Both the position numbers and the translations under genes were made by a program. A DNA stretch of 42,490 nucleotides from a virus. Its lineage: Duplodnaviria; Caudoviricetes. Under the pieces are notes generated by a model. That model made no database searches, was not told where the DNA came from, and saw nothing but the letters and a program-made list of their open reading frames with translations. Every line of letters begins with the position of its first letter. Positions within the stretch are counted from its first letter, which is position 1. Shown in pieces: positions 18,980-28,526 of this stretch. The stretch is from IMG/VR virus record IMGVR_UViG_3300027804_000008, positions 1-42,490 of that record. One strand, given 5' to 3'.

Positions 18980-19296
18980 TAGCAAATACCTAAATAATAA
19001 TATTTTTCATTATACTTCATAAATCCAAAATGATTAAGTAACCTCAAACTCTTGATATTGTTAAGCCTTGTAATAACTATATCATAACCTACTTTAGAGC
19101 ATATATCAATAAACTTGCTTTTAAGATTAAAATACAACTCCTTATTAAGCCATTTGGAGCGGTATGGGATGCGAATAAACAAATCAAGTACTCCTTGCTT
19201 ATTGGTTCGTTTAAATACCTTTATAATCCCTGTTATATTGCCATTATTGTATAACAATATATTTATTATACCTTTTTTAAAGTAAACTTTAATCAT
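18979..19296 (-). CDS. GNAT-like protein preceding the ejection proteins
   Basis: I..PYRSKW and N.KSLRLL..FGF motifs; a common position in podoviruses. Confidence 0.5.
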   Translation of the reverse strand: MIKVYFKKGIINILLYNNGNITGIIKVFKRTNKQGVLDLFIRIPYRSKWLNKELYFNLKSKFIDICSKVGYDIVITRLNNIKSLRLLNHFGFMKYNEKYYYLGIC

Positions 19297-20380
19297 TATC
19301 GGTAACTCCTTTATTAATTAATGCTTGTCTTACTTCATCGTCAAAATGTCGGAGTCTCAACTGCCCAAGAGGGATACATCTACCCTCTACTCTACAAGTA
19401 TCATTAGGTGCTATATATCCTTGTTGAAAATAACGCGGTTCGTTATAATCATCATACCAAGGTATGTTATTCCAATCTCCTATGTCCTGATAAGGTATTA
19501 AATGATCATCTTCAATACATTCAGGAGCTATATTAAATGATTCAAGCACTTCTGCTACATTTAAGGTTTGATCTTCTGGGAATTCATAACCTACATCAAG
19601 GTTTTTAAATAAATAAACCCGATTGTCTGAATATTCTCTAAGAGAAAATAATTGTGGGTTATAAATTGGATAAATAGTGCTATCCATAATTTTACTTGGT
19701 TGTAAAAATCCCGGAATAAATGCAAGTAGATTATCAACCCCTACATCATTTTCATATTTAACAGGTATAAATGGAGTATTGGGATTATTTGCAGGTTCAT
19801 TAAACAAAGTACTATCTAATGAACCATCTATTATTTTATCGGATGTAATACTATTATCCTCAAAATGTTTTGTTTCTAAAATATTCACCGATAAAAAACT
19901 ATTAGTTAAACTATCATCAATATTTAATTGACTTAATTTATCTATTTTATCACCTGTTATTGTATGATCTTCAATATCTTCATTTAATAATTTACGCCAA
20001 ATATGAGTATTTTGATATCTACCAAATAAAATACCATAATCAACAGTACATCTTATAGGTATTACATTACCGGAATCATCAGTACATAATACGGAGTTAT
20101 TAGGTATTTTCTGCAATTTATTAAGAGGTATGGAATTATCGTCTACAATATCTACAATATCTACCCAATTAATGTTACCATCACCTACATTAATAAGAAA
20201 CTTATCAGGTTCAATTTTAAGACTTATGTTCAATATTTTTTCAAATTCTGTTTTTAAGGAAGTATTTATATAATTACCAAGATCATTAAATTCTCTATAT
20301 AAATCTGCTGTTCTAAAACTTTTTATTGTTTTAGCTAAAGATTTAAATTTTTCTTTATTTCTAACGTAATCTGTTAACAT
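19289..20380 (-). CDS. Tail fibre-like protein, paralog 3
   Basis: DLYREFNDLGNYIN N-terminal anchor; repeated (I/F)xDxS/TIxxxK(I/L) motifs. Confidence 0.6.
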   Translation of the reverse strand: MLTDYVRNKEKFKSLAKTIKSFRTADLYREFNDLGNYINTSLKTEFEKILNISLKIEPDKFLINVGDGNINWVDIVDIVDDNSIPLNKLQKIPNNSVLCTDDSGNVIPIRCTVDYGILFGRYQNTHIWRKLLNEDIEDHTITGDKIDKLSQLNIDDSLTNSFLSVNILETKHFEDNSITSDKIIDGSLDSTLFNEPANNPNTPFIPVKYENDVGVDNLLAFIPGFLQPSKIMDSTIYPIYNPQLFSLREYSDNRVYLFKNLDVGYEFPEDQTLNVAEVLESFNIAPECIEDDHLIPYQDIGDWNNIPWYDDYNEPRYFQQGYIAPNDTCRVEGRCIPLGQLRLRHFDDEVRQALINKGVTDND

Positions 20381-21846
20381 TATACAAAACCTAATTTCTT
20401 TTGCAGATTTATATCAAGAGCATATTTATTTATGAATTTTTCACTTGTGACATTATTATAATTAATCCTATCAGGAATATTAATTATGTTGAAAGTATTA
20501 TCTTTTAAATGATTTGATTTAATACTCAACTGATTTGCATTTTTTTTATAAGCTTTAGTGTTAGGTACAGCTTCAAGTTTTTGATAAATAATAGGTGGTA
20601 CAGGTGTATAAATATTTTGCGGTATTTTCTGTAAATCAGCATTTGTATTTATTAAATAACTATACAAATTATTATAATACTTCAATTGAGCATCATAATT
20701 TGTAGCTCTTTCAAAAAAAGTATCATAATTTAAATTCCAATATCTAAAAAAATATCTTAAATCTTCCCCTGATGGACCTTTTCCTCTATTAAAATTATCA
20801 ATAGAAATAAAACTACTAGCTGCAATACATAGTGAATATAACTGATTCAAATAATTATTAGCGTCTATTAATTGTTTGTTTACACTATTATATAAATTAA
20901 GTTTTTCAGTATATGCAGGATTTACATATACATTATCTGGTTGAGGGTCTTGGTAAGTATTTAATTGATAAGCATTAGCTATTGAATAAATACACAATTT
21001 GTAAGTATCTATTGTTTCAGTAGCATTCTGATCTGGTTTAGCTATTACTACTGAATTCAAAGGAATTACTGCTTTATGTAATATTCCTTTGCCAAATTTA
21101 TCAAGATTGGTTAAAATCAATCTCATATCAAAACTATTATCCTTGATTCTATCAAAAGCAATAGAGTGATTTTGATAAGTTAGAAAAACATCTGCTCTTT
21201 CTCTAAATGTTTTTATATCAGGATGTAACTTATCATAAGTTATTGAGTAATAAGCAAATTTATTGTTATTGATACTATTATTAATAACATGTCTATTTTC
21301 TACTTTTATATTATTTACTAGATAATTTTTTCCATCATTATTAATATGATCTGATGTTATAGTATTTACATCAATGTTGTTAGCTAGAATAGTTTTATCA
21401 TGAAAGTTATTGCTTTCTATTTTTATTCCCCTAGTGTATTCAGAAAAATTATATTTAATAAAATTACTAAAAATACCACCTAACCCAAAATTATCGTATT
21501 TAATATTATGAGTCATTATATTAGTTGAAGAGTTTATAAATAGGAGGGAAAAAGGTTCAATATTATTTATTTTAATAAGATCAATTCCATTATTTTGATA
21601 ATTTACATCTTTAAGACTATCAAAAACAACTTTTCCATCTCCTATATTTTTTATTACACAATTAACATTATCTATAACTCCATTATATGATTTTGCACCA
21701 ATATTATTTATTGAAGTAACAACTTTCCTGTTTAAATAATCAACAAGATTATTTATTTCATTATCAAAATCCTTATATGTAACATCACTGTTACTTTCTG
21801 ATAAAGACTGATAAAAACTGTTATCTCTTGTAAAATTACTTATCAT
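20380..21846 (-). CDS. Tail fibre-like protein, paralog 2
   Basis: DFDNEINNLVDYLN anchor; same repeats; extra helical insert. Confidence 0.6.
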   Translation of the reverse strand: MISNFTRDNSFYQSLSESNSDVTYKDFDNEINNLVDYLNRKVVTSINNIGAKSYNGVIDNVNCVIKNIGDGKVVFDSLKDVNYQNNGIDLIKINNIEPFSLLFINSSTNIMTHNIKYDNFGLGGIFSNFIKYNFSEYTRGIKIESNNFHDKTILANNIDVNTITSDHINNDGKNYLVNNIKVENRHVINNSINNNKFAYYSITYDKLHPDIKTFRERADVFLTYQNHSIAFDRIKDNSFDMRLILTNLDKFGKGILHKAVIPLNSVVIAKPDQNATETIDTYKLCIYSIANAYQLNTYQDPQPDNVYVNPAYTEKLNLYNSVNKQLIDANNYLNQLYSLCIAASSFISIDNFNRGKGPSGEDLRYFFRYWNLNYDTFFERATNYDAQLKYYNNLYSYLINTNADLQKIPQNIYTPVPPIIYQKLEAVPNTKAYKKNANQLSIKSNHLKDNTFNIINIPDRINYNNVTSEKFINKYALDINLQKKLGFV

Positions 21847-21848
21847 AT

Positions 21849-22931
21849 CTAACCAAGTTTTGCTTGTATTGCCGGTGATAAATGCTCAACTGTTATTGTA
21901 TTTTTAGCCAATATATTATTTATATTATGACATTTATTAGCATCATTATTCCTATTAAACCAGCAAACAAGTCTGTTTGAGTTAATAGAATTAGATTTAA
22001 ACACATTAGGTGATAATATATATCTTTTTTCAGCTCCAACTTTTTTACCTACTGGGTCTGTTAATGATAAATCAGTTATGCCGGTACTATTAGCATAATA
22101 TTTAATTATATTTTTTACATAGAAATTATTAAATTTAGTAATAGGAATAGTATATGGTGTTCTTTTATATTGACCTACCGGTAAAATATAATTAAAAGCA
22201 TAGTTATTTAGAAACATCCTATCCCATCTATTAGTAATATTATTTCTATTACCTATATTATTTAAGTTAATAAAATTTTTAGGAATAATATTACCCCAAA
22301 TATAATTCATAAGTAACTGACTTGAATTTACATCAAAAGAATTTAAAGCTAATGAATTGTCAACAATTTTAGAAGTAATTATTGACCTATCTTTAATATA
22401 ATCTGATATGATAGTGTTATCTAAAAGATTAGGTATAATATTTGATAAATTATAACTACCAATTGTATTAAAAGTTATTTTATTACCTGTTATTTTAGTT
22501 GTTCCATCAATAAAATTATTACTTACTCTATCAAACATAACCCCATTTGCAGTACAAACTATTGTATGGTTTGCCATATTTTGATTTTTTATCTGCTCTA
22601 CATCACCATTTGCTGAAACTCTAAAAATTGAATTTATGATATTTTTGTAATTAAGTTTTTTTATACTTATTGAATTATCAGTAAAATCATCATTATTTAT
22701 TTTTTTCCATATATAACCAACATCACTTTTACTTTTTAGAATACTATTAATATCAACTTGTAATAAAGAACCTACAATAATATTATCATTTAAATTATTT
22801 AATTTAAAAATAATCTCATTATTCAAATAATTAACAATATCGTTAAACCTAGTATCAATTTCTACTGATTTAATAACATTGTTGGGATATTTAAAATATT
22901 CAAGATTTTGGTTTAATAATTTAATCGGCAT
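21849..22931 (-). CDS. Tail fibre-like protein, paralog 1
   Basis: EIDTRFNDIVNYLN anchor; DNSISIKKL and DRSIITSKIVDNS repeats. Confidence 0.6.
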   Translation of the reverse strand: MPIKLLNQNLEYFKYPNNVIKSVEIDTRFNDIVNYLNNEIIFKLNNLNDNIIVGSLLQVDINSILKSKSDVGYIWKKINNDDFTDNSISIKKLNYKNIINSIFRVSANGDVEQIKNQNMANHTIVCTANGVMFDRVSNNFIDGTTKITGNKITFNTIGSYNLSNIIPNLLDNTIISDYIKDRSIITSKIVDNSLALNSFDVNSSQLLMNYIWGNIIPKNFINLNNIGNRNNITNRWDRMFLNNYAFNYILPVGQYKRTPYTIPITKFNNFYVKNIIKYYANSTGITDLSLTDPVGKKVGAEKRYILSPNVFKSNSINSNRLVCWFNRNNDANKCHNINNILAKNTITVEHLSPAIQAKLG

Positions 22932-25074
22932 TTTTACTAGTTTTTTTCTCTATATTAATACCACCTGATAAATATAAACTATCAAATATAAATTCTTTAT
23001 ACGCAATACCACTTATCTTTAAAGAAATACTATCAGTATGAAATCTTAAAGTTTCCTGTGGATAAATTGCTTTTTCATTATTAGAAAACTCATCAATATC
23101 AAATCTGTTTATATCAAACTTACTGTCTATCTGATTAACTTTTATTTCAGTTAGTTGATAATCTGACATATCATAATTCAAATACACTTTTATTTTAACT
23201 AATATATCCTCACTTGATTGACAACTTAAGTATATATTTTCATTATACCAAGTAGCTGTAATATTAAACCAATTATAATACAAATTAAATGGTATAGGAT
23301 TATTTTCCATATCCATATAATTTTTATATTTAAGTTTATCACAATAAACTAATACATTTCCTTTATTAGCTAAATAAAGGTTTTTAGAAACAGAATCATA
23401 AAGAAATGTTTTACTATCTGAAAAATTTTGAGTAAATATTGTCCAGAAACCTTGACCTTTTAGTTGATAAATATAACAGTTATGAATAAATCTGAATCCT
23501 ACAAAACCTCCATAAGGATATACAAAACAATTAAGATTTCTATATTCTCTCTCGGTAATTAGATTCTCAAGTTGTTTTCTTATATAACTATTTACATTAT
23601 CAGCAAAAAATAAATCTATATTAAGGTTATTGAAACCATCTATTTTTAAACTACAAATACCAAATTTTGATAGAAAAATAAAAACATTAGGTAATTCAAC
23701 AAACATGTTTTTGCTGAAAATTCCAACAGGTTCGGTTTTTTGCCACCTGAAATCACCAAATTCTATGTTCTGACCATCATTAATAACAGTTGGATCATTA
23801 CCGGTCCATATTTGTACTGATTCTTTACCCCAAAATAATATTCTTCCCTGATAAGTATTAAAACACTGTAAATCGTCTATCTTATTACTATTAGAAGCAA
23901 GATTTATAGACTCAATTATTCCTTTCTGATTATACCAGTTGAATATTGATTTTCTTTTTTCACAGTAATAAACCAACATTGATTTGTCAGGACTTCTAAA
24001 TTTCTTATAAAAAGAACCTCCACTATCTAAAGCAAACAACCTATCATTAATAATGTTAATGTAACTAAAAGTTGGTATTGATTTTAAATATAAAATATTA
24101 GTAGGGTTACCTATAAAATTGTCTTCAAAAGTTAAATCTATTTTAATATTATCAGTAACTGTAAAAACAACGTTAGTAATTTTATTAGGTGTTTCTAACC
24201 TTAAACCGCTTACAACTTTAACAATATTATTAATAACTAAGTTTTCTCTTAATTCATTTTCATAAAGTAAATCTACTACCAAAGATAGAGTATTATTTGA
24301 ATTTTTTGTAATGGATATTTGAGTTATCTGATAATCACTTTTTAACTCTTTTAAATCAACTCCATCATAATATTGTACTGGATCAATTCCATTACATATT
24401 ATTAAATATCTTTGATAATTTATGTATGAAACAATAACATTAGGATTAAAATCCAAACCTAATATAGTTAAGTTATCCACAATATCAGAATCTATAAATT
24501 TATAAATCCCAGCTCTTTCTATCCACAAATTAAATTGATTGTCAAAAAAACTTATGTCTAAATTTACTTTAAAAAGTATGTCATCATTATTTTGTTCAAC
24601 ATCAAATATTTCACATTTATCAGAGTAACTGTCCTGCTCTATAAAAACATAAACATTTTCAAAAAAATATTTATATAAAATAGCTTTTTGATTTCCATTT
24701 AAAGCTCTTATATCAATTGCTATTTGTGTTAAATTATCTAAAAGTCTATTTTTAACAATATCTGTTTGAAAGCTTATATAAGGTGTTTTTATAAAATAAG
24801 TTTGATAAGTAATAATTTCAGAATTACCACTAAAATTAACATAATTCATCAACTTCAATTGATCATTAAAAATAATATCTGGGTTTACTGTTTGACTAGC
24901 TACTATTTTTGTACCATTTCTTACAGATAAATTATTATCTTCATTCAAAATCATATTTTGAATGTATTTAGCATATGATAAATTATCTATTGAATTCGAG
25001 TTAATACCATTGTTAGCTGCTTTAAATACAATAGCATTCTCTCTTCCTTGAAAATTACTTATAACTTTTGACAT
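22921..25074 (-). CDS. Tail nozzle/tubular protein (beta-propeller; P22 gp10 / T7 gp12-like role)
   Basis: GIN...QNMI...L..RNG N-terminus, NGIDP..YDG, NDRLF; 717 aa; follows the adaptor. Confidence 0.7.
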   Translation of the reverse strand: MSKVISNFQGRENAIVFKAANNGINSNSIDNLSYAKYIQNMILNEDNNLSVRNGTKIVASQTVNPDIIFNDQLKLMNYVNFSGNSEIITYQTYFIKTPYISFQTDIVKNRLLDNLTQIAIDIRALNGNQKAILYKYFFENVYVFIEQDSYSDKCEIFDVEQNNDDILFKVNLDISFFDNQFNLWIERAGIYKFIDSDIVDNLTILGLDFNPNVIVSYINYQRYLIICNGIDPVQYYDGVDLKELKSDYQITQISITKNSNNTLSLVVDLLYENELRENLVINNIVKVVSGLRLETPNKITNVVFTVTDNIKIDLTFEDNFIGNPTNILYLKSIPTFSYINIINDRLFALDSGGSFYKKFRSPDKSMLVYYCEKRKSIFNWYNQKGIIESINLASNSNKIDDLQCFNTYQGRILFWGKESVQIWTGNDPTVINDGQNIEFGDFRWQKTEPVGIFSKNMFVELPNVFIFLSKFGICSLKIDGFNNLNIDLFFADNVNSYIRKQLENLITEREYRNLNCFVYPYGGFVGFRFIHNCYIYQLKGQGFWTIFTQNFSDSKTFLYDSVSKNLYLANKGNVLVYCDKLKYKNYMDMENNPIPFNLYYNWFNITATWYNENIYLSCQSSEDILVKIKVYLNYDMSDYQLTEIKVNQIDSKFDINRFDIDEFSNNEKAIYPQETLRFHTDSISLKISGIAYKEFIFDSLYLSGGINIEKKTSKNAD

Positions 25075-25686
25075 CTAAACACTCGTATAGAAGTTTACAA
25101 CATCATTTAATTTTTCTTTATATAATGTATATACAGTAGATAACTTAGTCATTTGACCATTAGTAGTTAGAAATATGTAAAATATTGCTCCAAGAACTAG
25201 TGTCTGCATTACAAGTTCATCATAAATAACAACATCTGACTCAATATCAGCATTATTTACAACTTCAACTAGAGTTTTTAATTTTGGTATCTGAAATATC
25301 TTAACAAAACTATCGCCGTCAGTATCTTTAGGATAATCTCTACAGCCTAGTATCACCTTATTTTCAGATGGTATTATATAATATTGTTTTTCAGTTAAGG
25401 AAAGAGTATCATTTGTAAGTAAATCAAAAGAACTTATTTTAACATCATAATTATAGACTGACTTTAATCTATTACTTTTGAAATCAAATGCAAAAGAGTA
25501 CTCAAGATTATTTAAAACAATTTTCTGTTCTTTATAAATTAAAAATTCCTTATAGTTTCTTAATTTTAGATAAATATCATTATTAGCAAAGTTAAGACAA
25601 CGTAAGTATTCCTTACGTTGTCTTTCTGTAGCTAATGTACCAAAAGCAAATTGAGAAATAGTATCAATAAGTTCTGTAACATTCAT
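25075..25686 (-). CDS. Head-tail adaptor protein
   Basis: MNVTELID...LN.A...I helical N-terminus, LVLGA C-terminal helix; synteny. Confidence 0.6.
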   Translation of the reverse strand: MNVTELIDTISQFAFGTLATERQRKEYLRCLNFANNDIYLKLRNYKEFLIYKEQKIVLNNLEYSFAFDFKSNRLKSVYNYDVKISSFDLLTNDTLSLTEKQYYIIPSENKVILGCRDYPKDTDGDSFVKIFQIPKLKTLVEVVNNADIESDVVIYDELVMQTLVLGAIFYIFLTTNGQMTKLSTVYTLYKEKLNDVVNFYTSV

Positions 25687-25694
25687 TTAAAAAA

Positions 25695-26192
25695 CTAGTT
25701 TTTATAAGTTACTCTTATGTTCATAAATGAACCGGCTATGGTATTTGCAGCTGCTAAAACTAATATAATTAATCTTGATTTACTAACAGAAAAACTAATA
25801 TTACTTCTAACTGTTAAATGATTTGCAAAAGCTGCTATAGCATCTGTTTCAGTTCTGTTTAAACCTATAAATTCAACACCAACTATATCTGAATTAATAC
25901 CTATGTTTGATAAAAAGACAGACATGTAATTAACTGTAGTTCCATCAAAAGTAGCTGGAATAACTATAGATATTATTTTATCAACATAAGTACCGCTAGT
26001 AGTGTTACTAACTGCCGGTAAGATAGTAGCTTTATCACTGTTATTAGCAGCAGTAGCGTTTGCTTGTGTCATTGCTATGTTAGGATTACACCCTACAAAA
26101 TTAACCCCAGTAATACCTAAAGCTGTTGCATCATTTGGTAATTGAGCAACGCTAGCTGCTCCTGTTATTGTGTATTTTACAACTAAATTCAT
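25695..26192 (-). CDS. Putative capsid decoration / minor virion protein
   Basis: Ala/Thr-rich beta protein directly after the capsid gene. Confidence 0.5.
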   Translation of the reverse strand: MNLVVKYTITGAASVAQLPNDATALGITGVNFVGCNPNIAMTQANATAANNSDKATILPAVSNTTSGTYVDKIISIVIPATFDGTTVNYMSVFLSNIGINSDIVGVEFIGLNRTETDAIAAFANHLTVRSNISFSVSKSRLIILVLAAANTIAGSFMNIRVTYKN

Positions 26193-26207
26193 TTTATTAC
26201 CTATTTA

Positions 26208-27485
26208 TTAAATTAATGTGAAAGAATGTACAATACCAGTTTCAAGATATGGGAATGTATTTACATTTTGGTATCTTTTAGATGGAAATTTAACAACTTT
26301 CATACCATCAAGAAGTCTTATACCCATTTCATACTGATTTTCATGATCCATTTCTTTTATGGTAATTTTAGGAGTAGTACAGATAGCTTTAGCAAAAGCC
26401 ATTGAACCACATAATGCCCCATAACCAATATCAACGCCTGCATCAGTTGTAAAATTCAAATAATCAAACTCATCAATACATACTATATCAATACCACTAA
26501 TTCTACCGATATAATCAGTACCATTAAAATAAGTAGGTTGTCCATCTTCTCTAAAAGGTCTGATTAACATCTCTTTTACAATAGGATTTTTCAAGAATCT
26601 TGCTTTAACTCTAGGTCCTATGAAATAAGTATAACCCATACCTTTAAAACCTTGGTAATTAGTATAATACATAGGTTTTATAGAACCCTCTGTATTTATC
26701 TTTCTACCGCCAGTTTTAGCAATTTGAAGTAAATTATTAATATGATCTATATTACAATAACCGCTGGTATCGTCAGCATAGTTAGTTGTTCCTATATTTC
26801 CGTTATTTCCAGGAACTCCAACTACACATCTTTGTTGAACTGTTTGACCAGCAGCAATTACGTTTCTAATTGATTCAGCACCAAATAATACACGATCAGA
26901 ACTAATACCATCGCCGTTAGCATCTATTTGATTAATAACACAAGTTTTAATTTTAGGTGTAAAATAACTTTCAAAATCACTAGTTACTTGACCATCACCT
27001 AGTAAATAATCTTTACTTATATGGTCATTTTTACCTTTACTACCATAAGCAAAACACCAAGCAAATTGATTAATGTTTCTTCTTTTAGTTAAAAGTTCAC
27101 GTTTAATTGTTATTTGCTCATTAACGCTTTTAGTAAATTGGAATTTAGCTAGATATTCAGCAATATCAAAATCTTTAGCACCTACTGCAAATCTAGTTTT
27201 ACCTATATTCATTGTGCAGTTTACAGGTGTATCTAAAGTTCCTTTACCCTCTAAAGTATTTTCGTCATAAACTTCATTTACTTTACTGTTGTAAGTCATA
27301 CTAAACACAAGTTCAGCACCTTTACCTTTATCAACATTTTTTTGTAAAGCTATCATGGAATTACCGGTAGAACCCATATATTTATTAAAAGGGTCTTCTG
27401 CCAACATTTCTTTCCAAAATGGGTCTAATACATCTCTCTGAAATTTATTCTGATCTTTTGGTTGACTAAAATTAAATATAGCCAT
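26208..27485 (-). CDS. Major capsid protein (N4-gp56/DUF4043-like)
   Basis: F.KYMG...NS.I......KGKG..L.F, LEG, D.EN...G; follows the scaffold; GAGG RBS. Confidence 0.8.
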   Translation of the reverse strand: MAIFNFSQPKDQNKFQRDVLDPFWKEMLAEDPFNKYMGSTGNSMIALQKNVDKGKGAELVFSMTYNSKVNEVYDENTLEGKGTLDTPVNCTMNIGKTRFAVGAKDFDIAEYLAKFQFTKSVNEQITIKRELLTKRRNINQFAWCFAYGSKGKNDHISKDYLLGDGQVTSDFESYFTPKIKTCVINQIDANGDGISSDRVLFGAESIRNVIAAGQTVQQRCVVGVPGNNGNIGTTNYADDTSGYCNIDHINNLLQIAKTGGRKINTEGSIKPMYYTNYQGFKGMGYTYFIGPRVKARFLKNPIVKEMLIRPFREDGQPTYFNGTDYIGRISGIDIVCIDEFDYLNFTTDAGVDIGYGALCGSMAFAKAICTTPKITIKEMDHENQYEMGIRLLDGMKVVKFPSKRYQNVNTFPYLETGIVHSFTLI

Positions 27486-27605
27486 TCTAATTACCTCGTT
27501 ACTTATTAATTAATATTAATCGCTTATTAATACTTATTAGGTAAATAACTAATAATATTTAAAGTAAGTTTACACGCTTTAAAGTAATACTAATTATGTC
27601 TATTA

Positions 27606-28526
27606 TTACATATCAAATAAACTTTGCAAATGATCATCATACTTTTTAGTTGTACTAAAACTTGATGATCTTGAATGTATCTGTTTATTATCGTTTTTAT
27701 CAAAATAATTGTCAACACTTTCTTTATTTGTGTTAATTTGTTCATTTAATTTTGATATTTCATCTTGCAAGCTGTTAACAAATGCAAATATATTTTTATG
27801 TTTTTTTAATCCTTTTTCAAAAATATTTCTATAATCCTGACCAAGCATCAATAACTTTTCTATAGCATCAGTAGGCTCTGCTTCCTCAAGATAATCCAAT
27901 AAACTTTGTCTTTCATCAATATTTAACAAATGAACTGAATCATAAAAAGCTTTATAATTAGTATCAACCTCTTTTGATTTATTATATTTCTTAAAGTTTT
28001 GAAATTCATTCTCAAGTTTTTCAAGAATTGTTTTTGATTTACTATCAGTTTTAGAAACCTCATCTTTTGTTTCCAATTCATCTTCTTTAAAATCAAATAT
28101 TGAAGTTAATTTATTAACAGCATTATTAAACTCCTCCACATCAAGATATGTATTATCCGGATCAAGTATAGATTTTTTCAATTCCTCAATTGTAGAGTTG
28201 AATTTCTTTTTACTTAAAACAAATTTTTGATTAGTAGTCTGATAAGTTCTTTTAGTATCATTTAAAGCTTTTTCCAAACTTTTTACCTGTTTTTCAAGAT
28301 CAGTTTTATCCTCAACTACCTTTTTATCATCCTTAACAGATTTTTCTTCTTCAATACCTATATCTTTAGTTTCAGCTTCTGTTGTTTTTTCTTTAACTTC
28401 TATATCAGCTTTTTTTTCATCTTCAACTTTTATATCAGTAATATCTTTTTTACTTTCCGTATTTTTATAGACTTTAATTTTATCATGTATCTCACCAAGT
28501 ACACTATCTAAATCATTTTCACCCAT
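27606..28526 (-). CDS. Scaffolding protein
   Basis: Highly charged helical protein between portal and capsid genes. Confidence 0.7.
   Translation of the reverse strand: MGENDLDSVLGEIHDKIKVYKNTESKKDITDIKVEDEKKADIEVKEKTTEAETKDIGIEEEKSVKDDKKVVEDKTDLEKQVKSLEKALNDTKRTYQTTNQKFVLSKKKFNSTIEELKKSILDPDNTYLDVEEFNNAVNKLTSIFDFKEDELETKDEVSKTDSKSKTILEKLENEFQNFKKYNKSKEVDTNYKAFYDSVHLLNIDERQSLLDYLEEAEPTDAIEKLLMLGQDYRNIFEKGLKKHKNIFAFVNSLQDEISKLNEQINTNKESVDNYFDKNDNKQIHSRSSSFSTTKKYDDHLQSLFDM

Noticed and set aside
27486-27605. Structured RNA or promoter between scaffold and capsid genes
   Set aside because: Only AT-rich short palindromes, expected at this composition; no convincing -35/-10 pair
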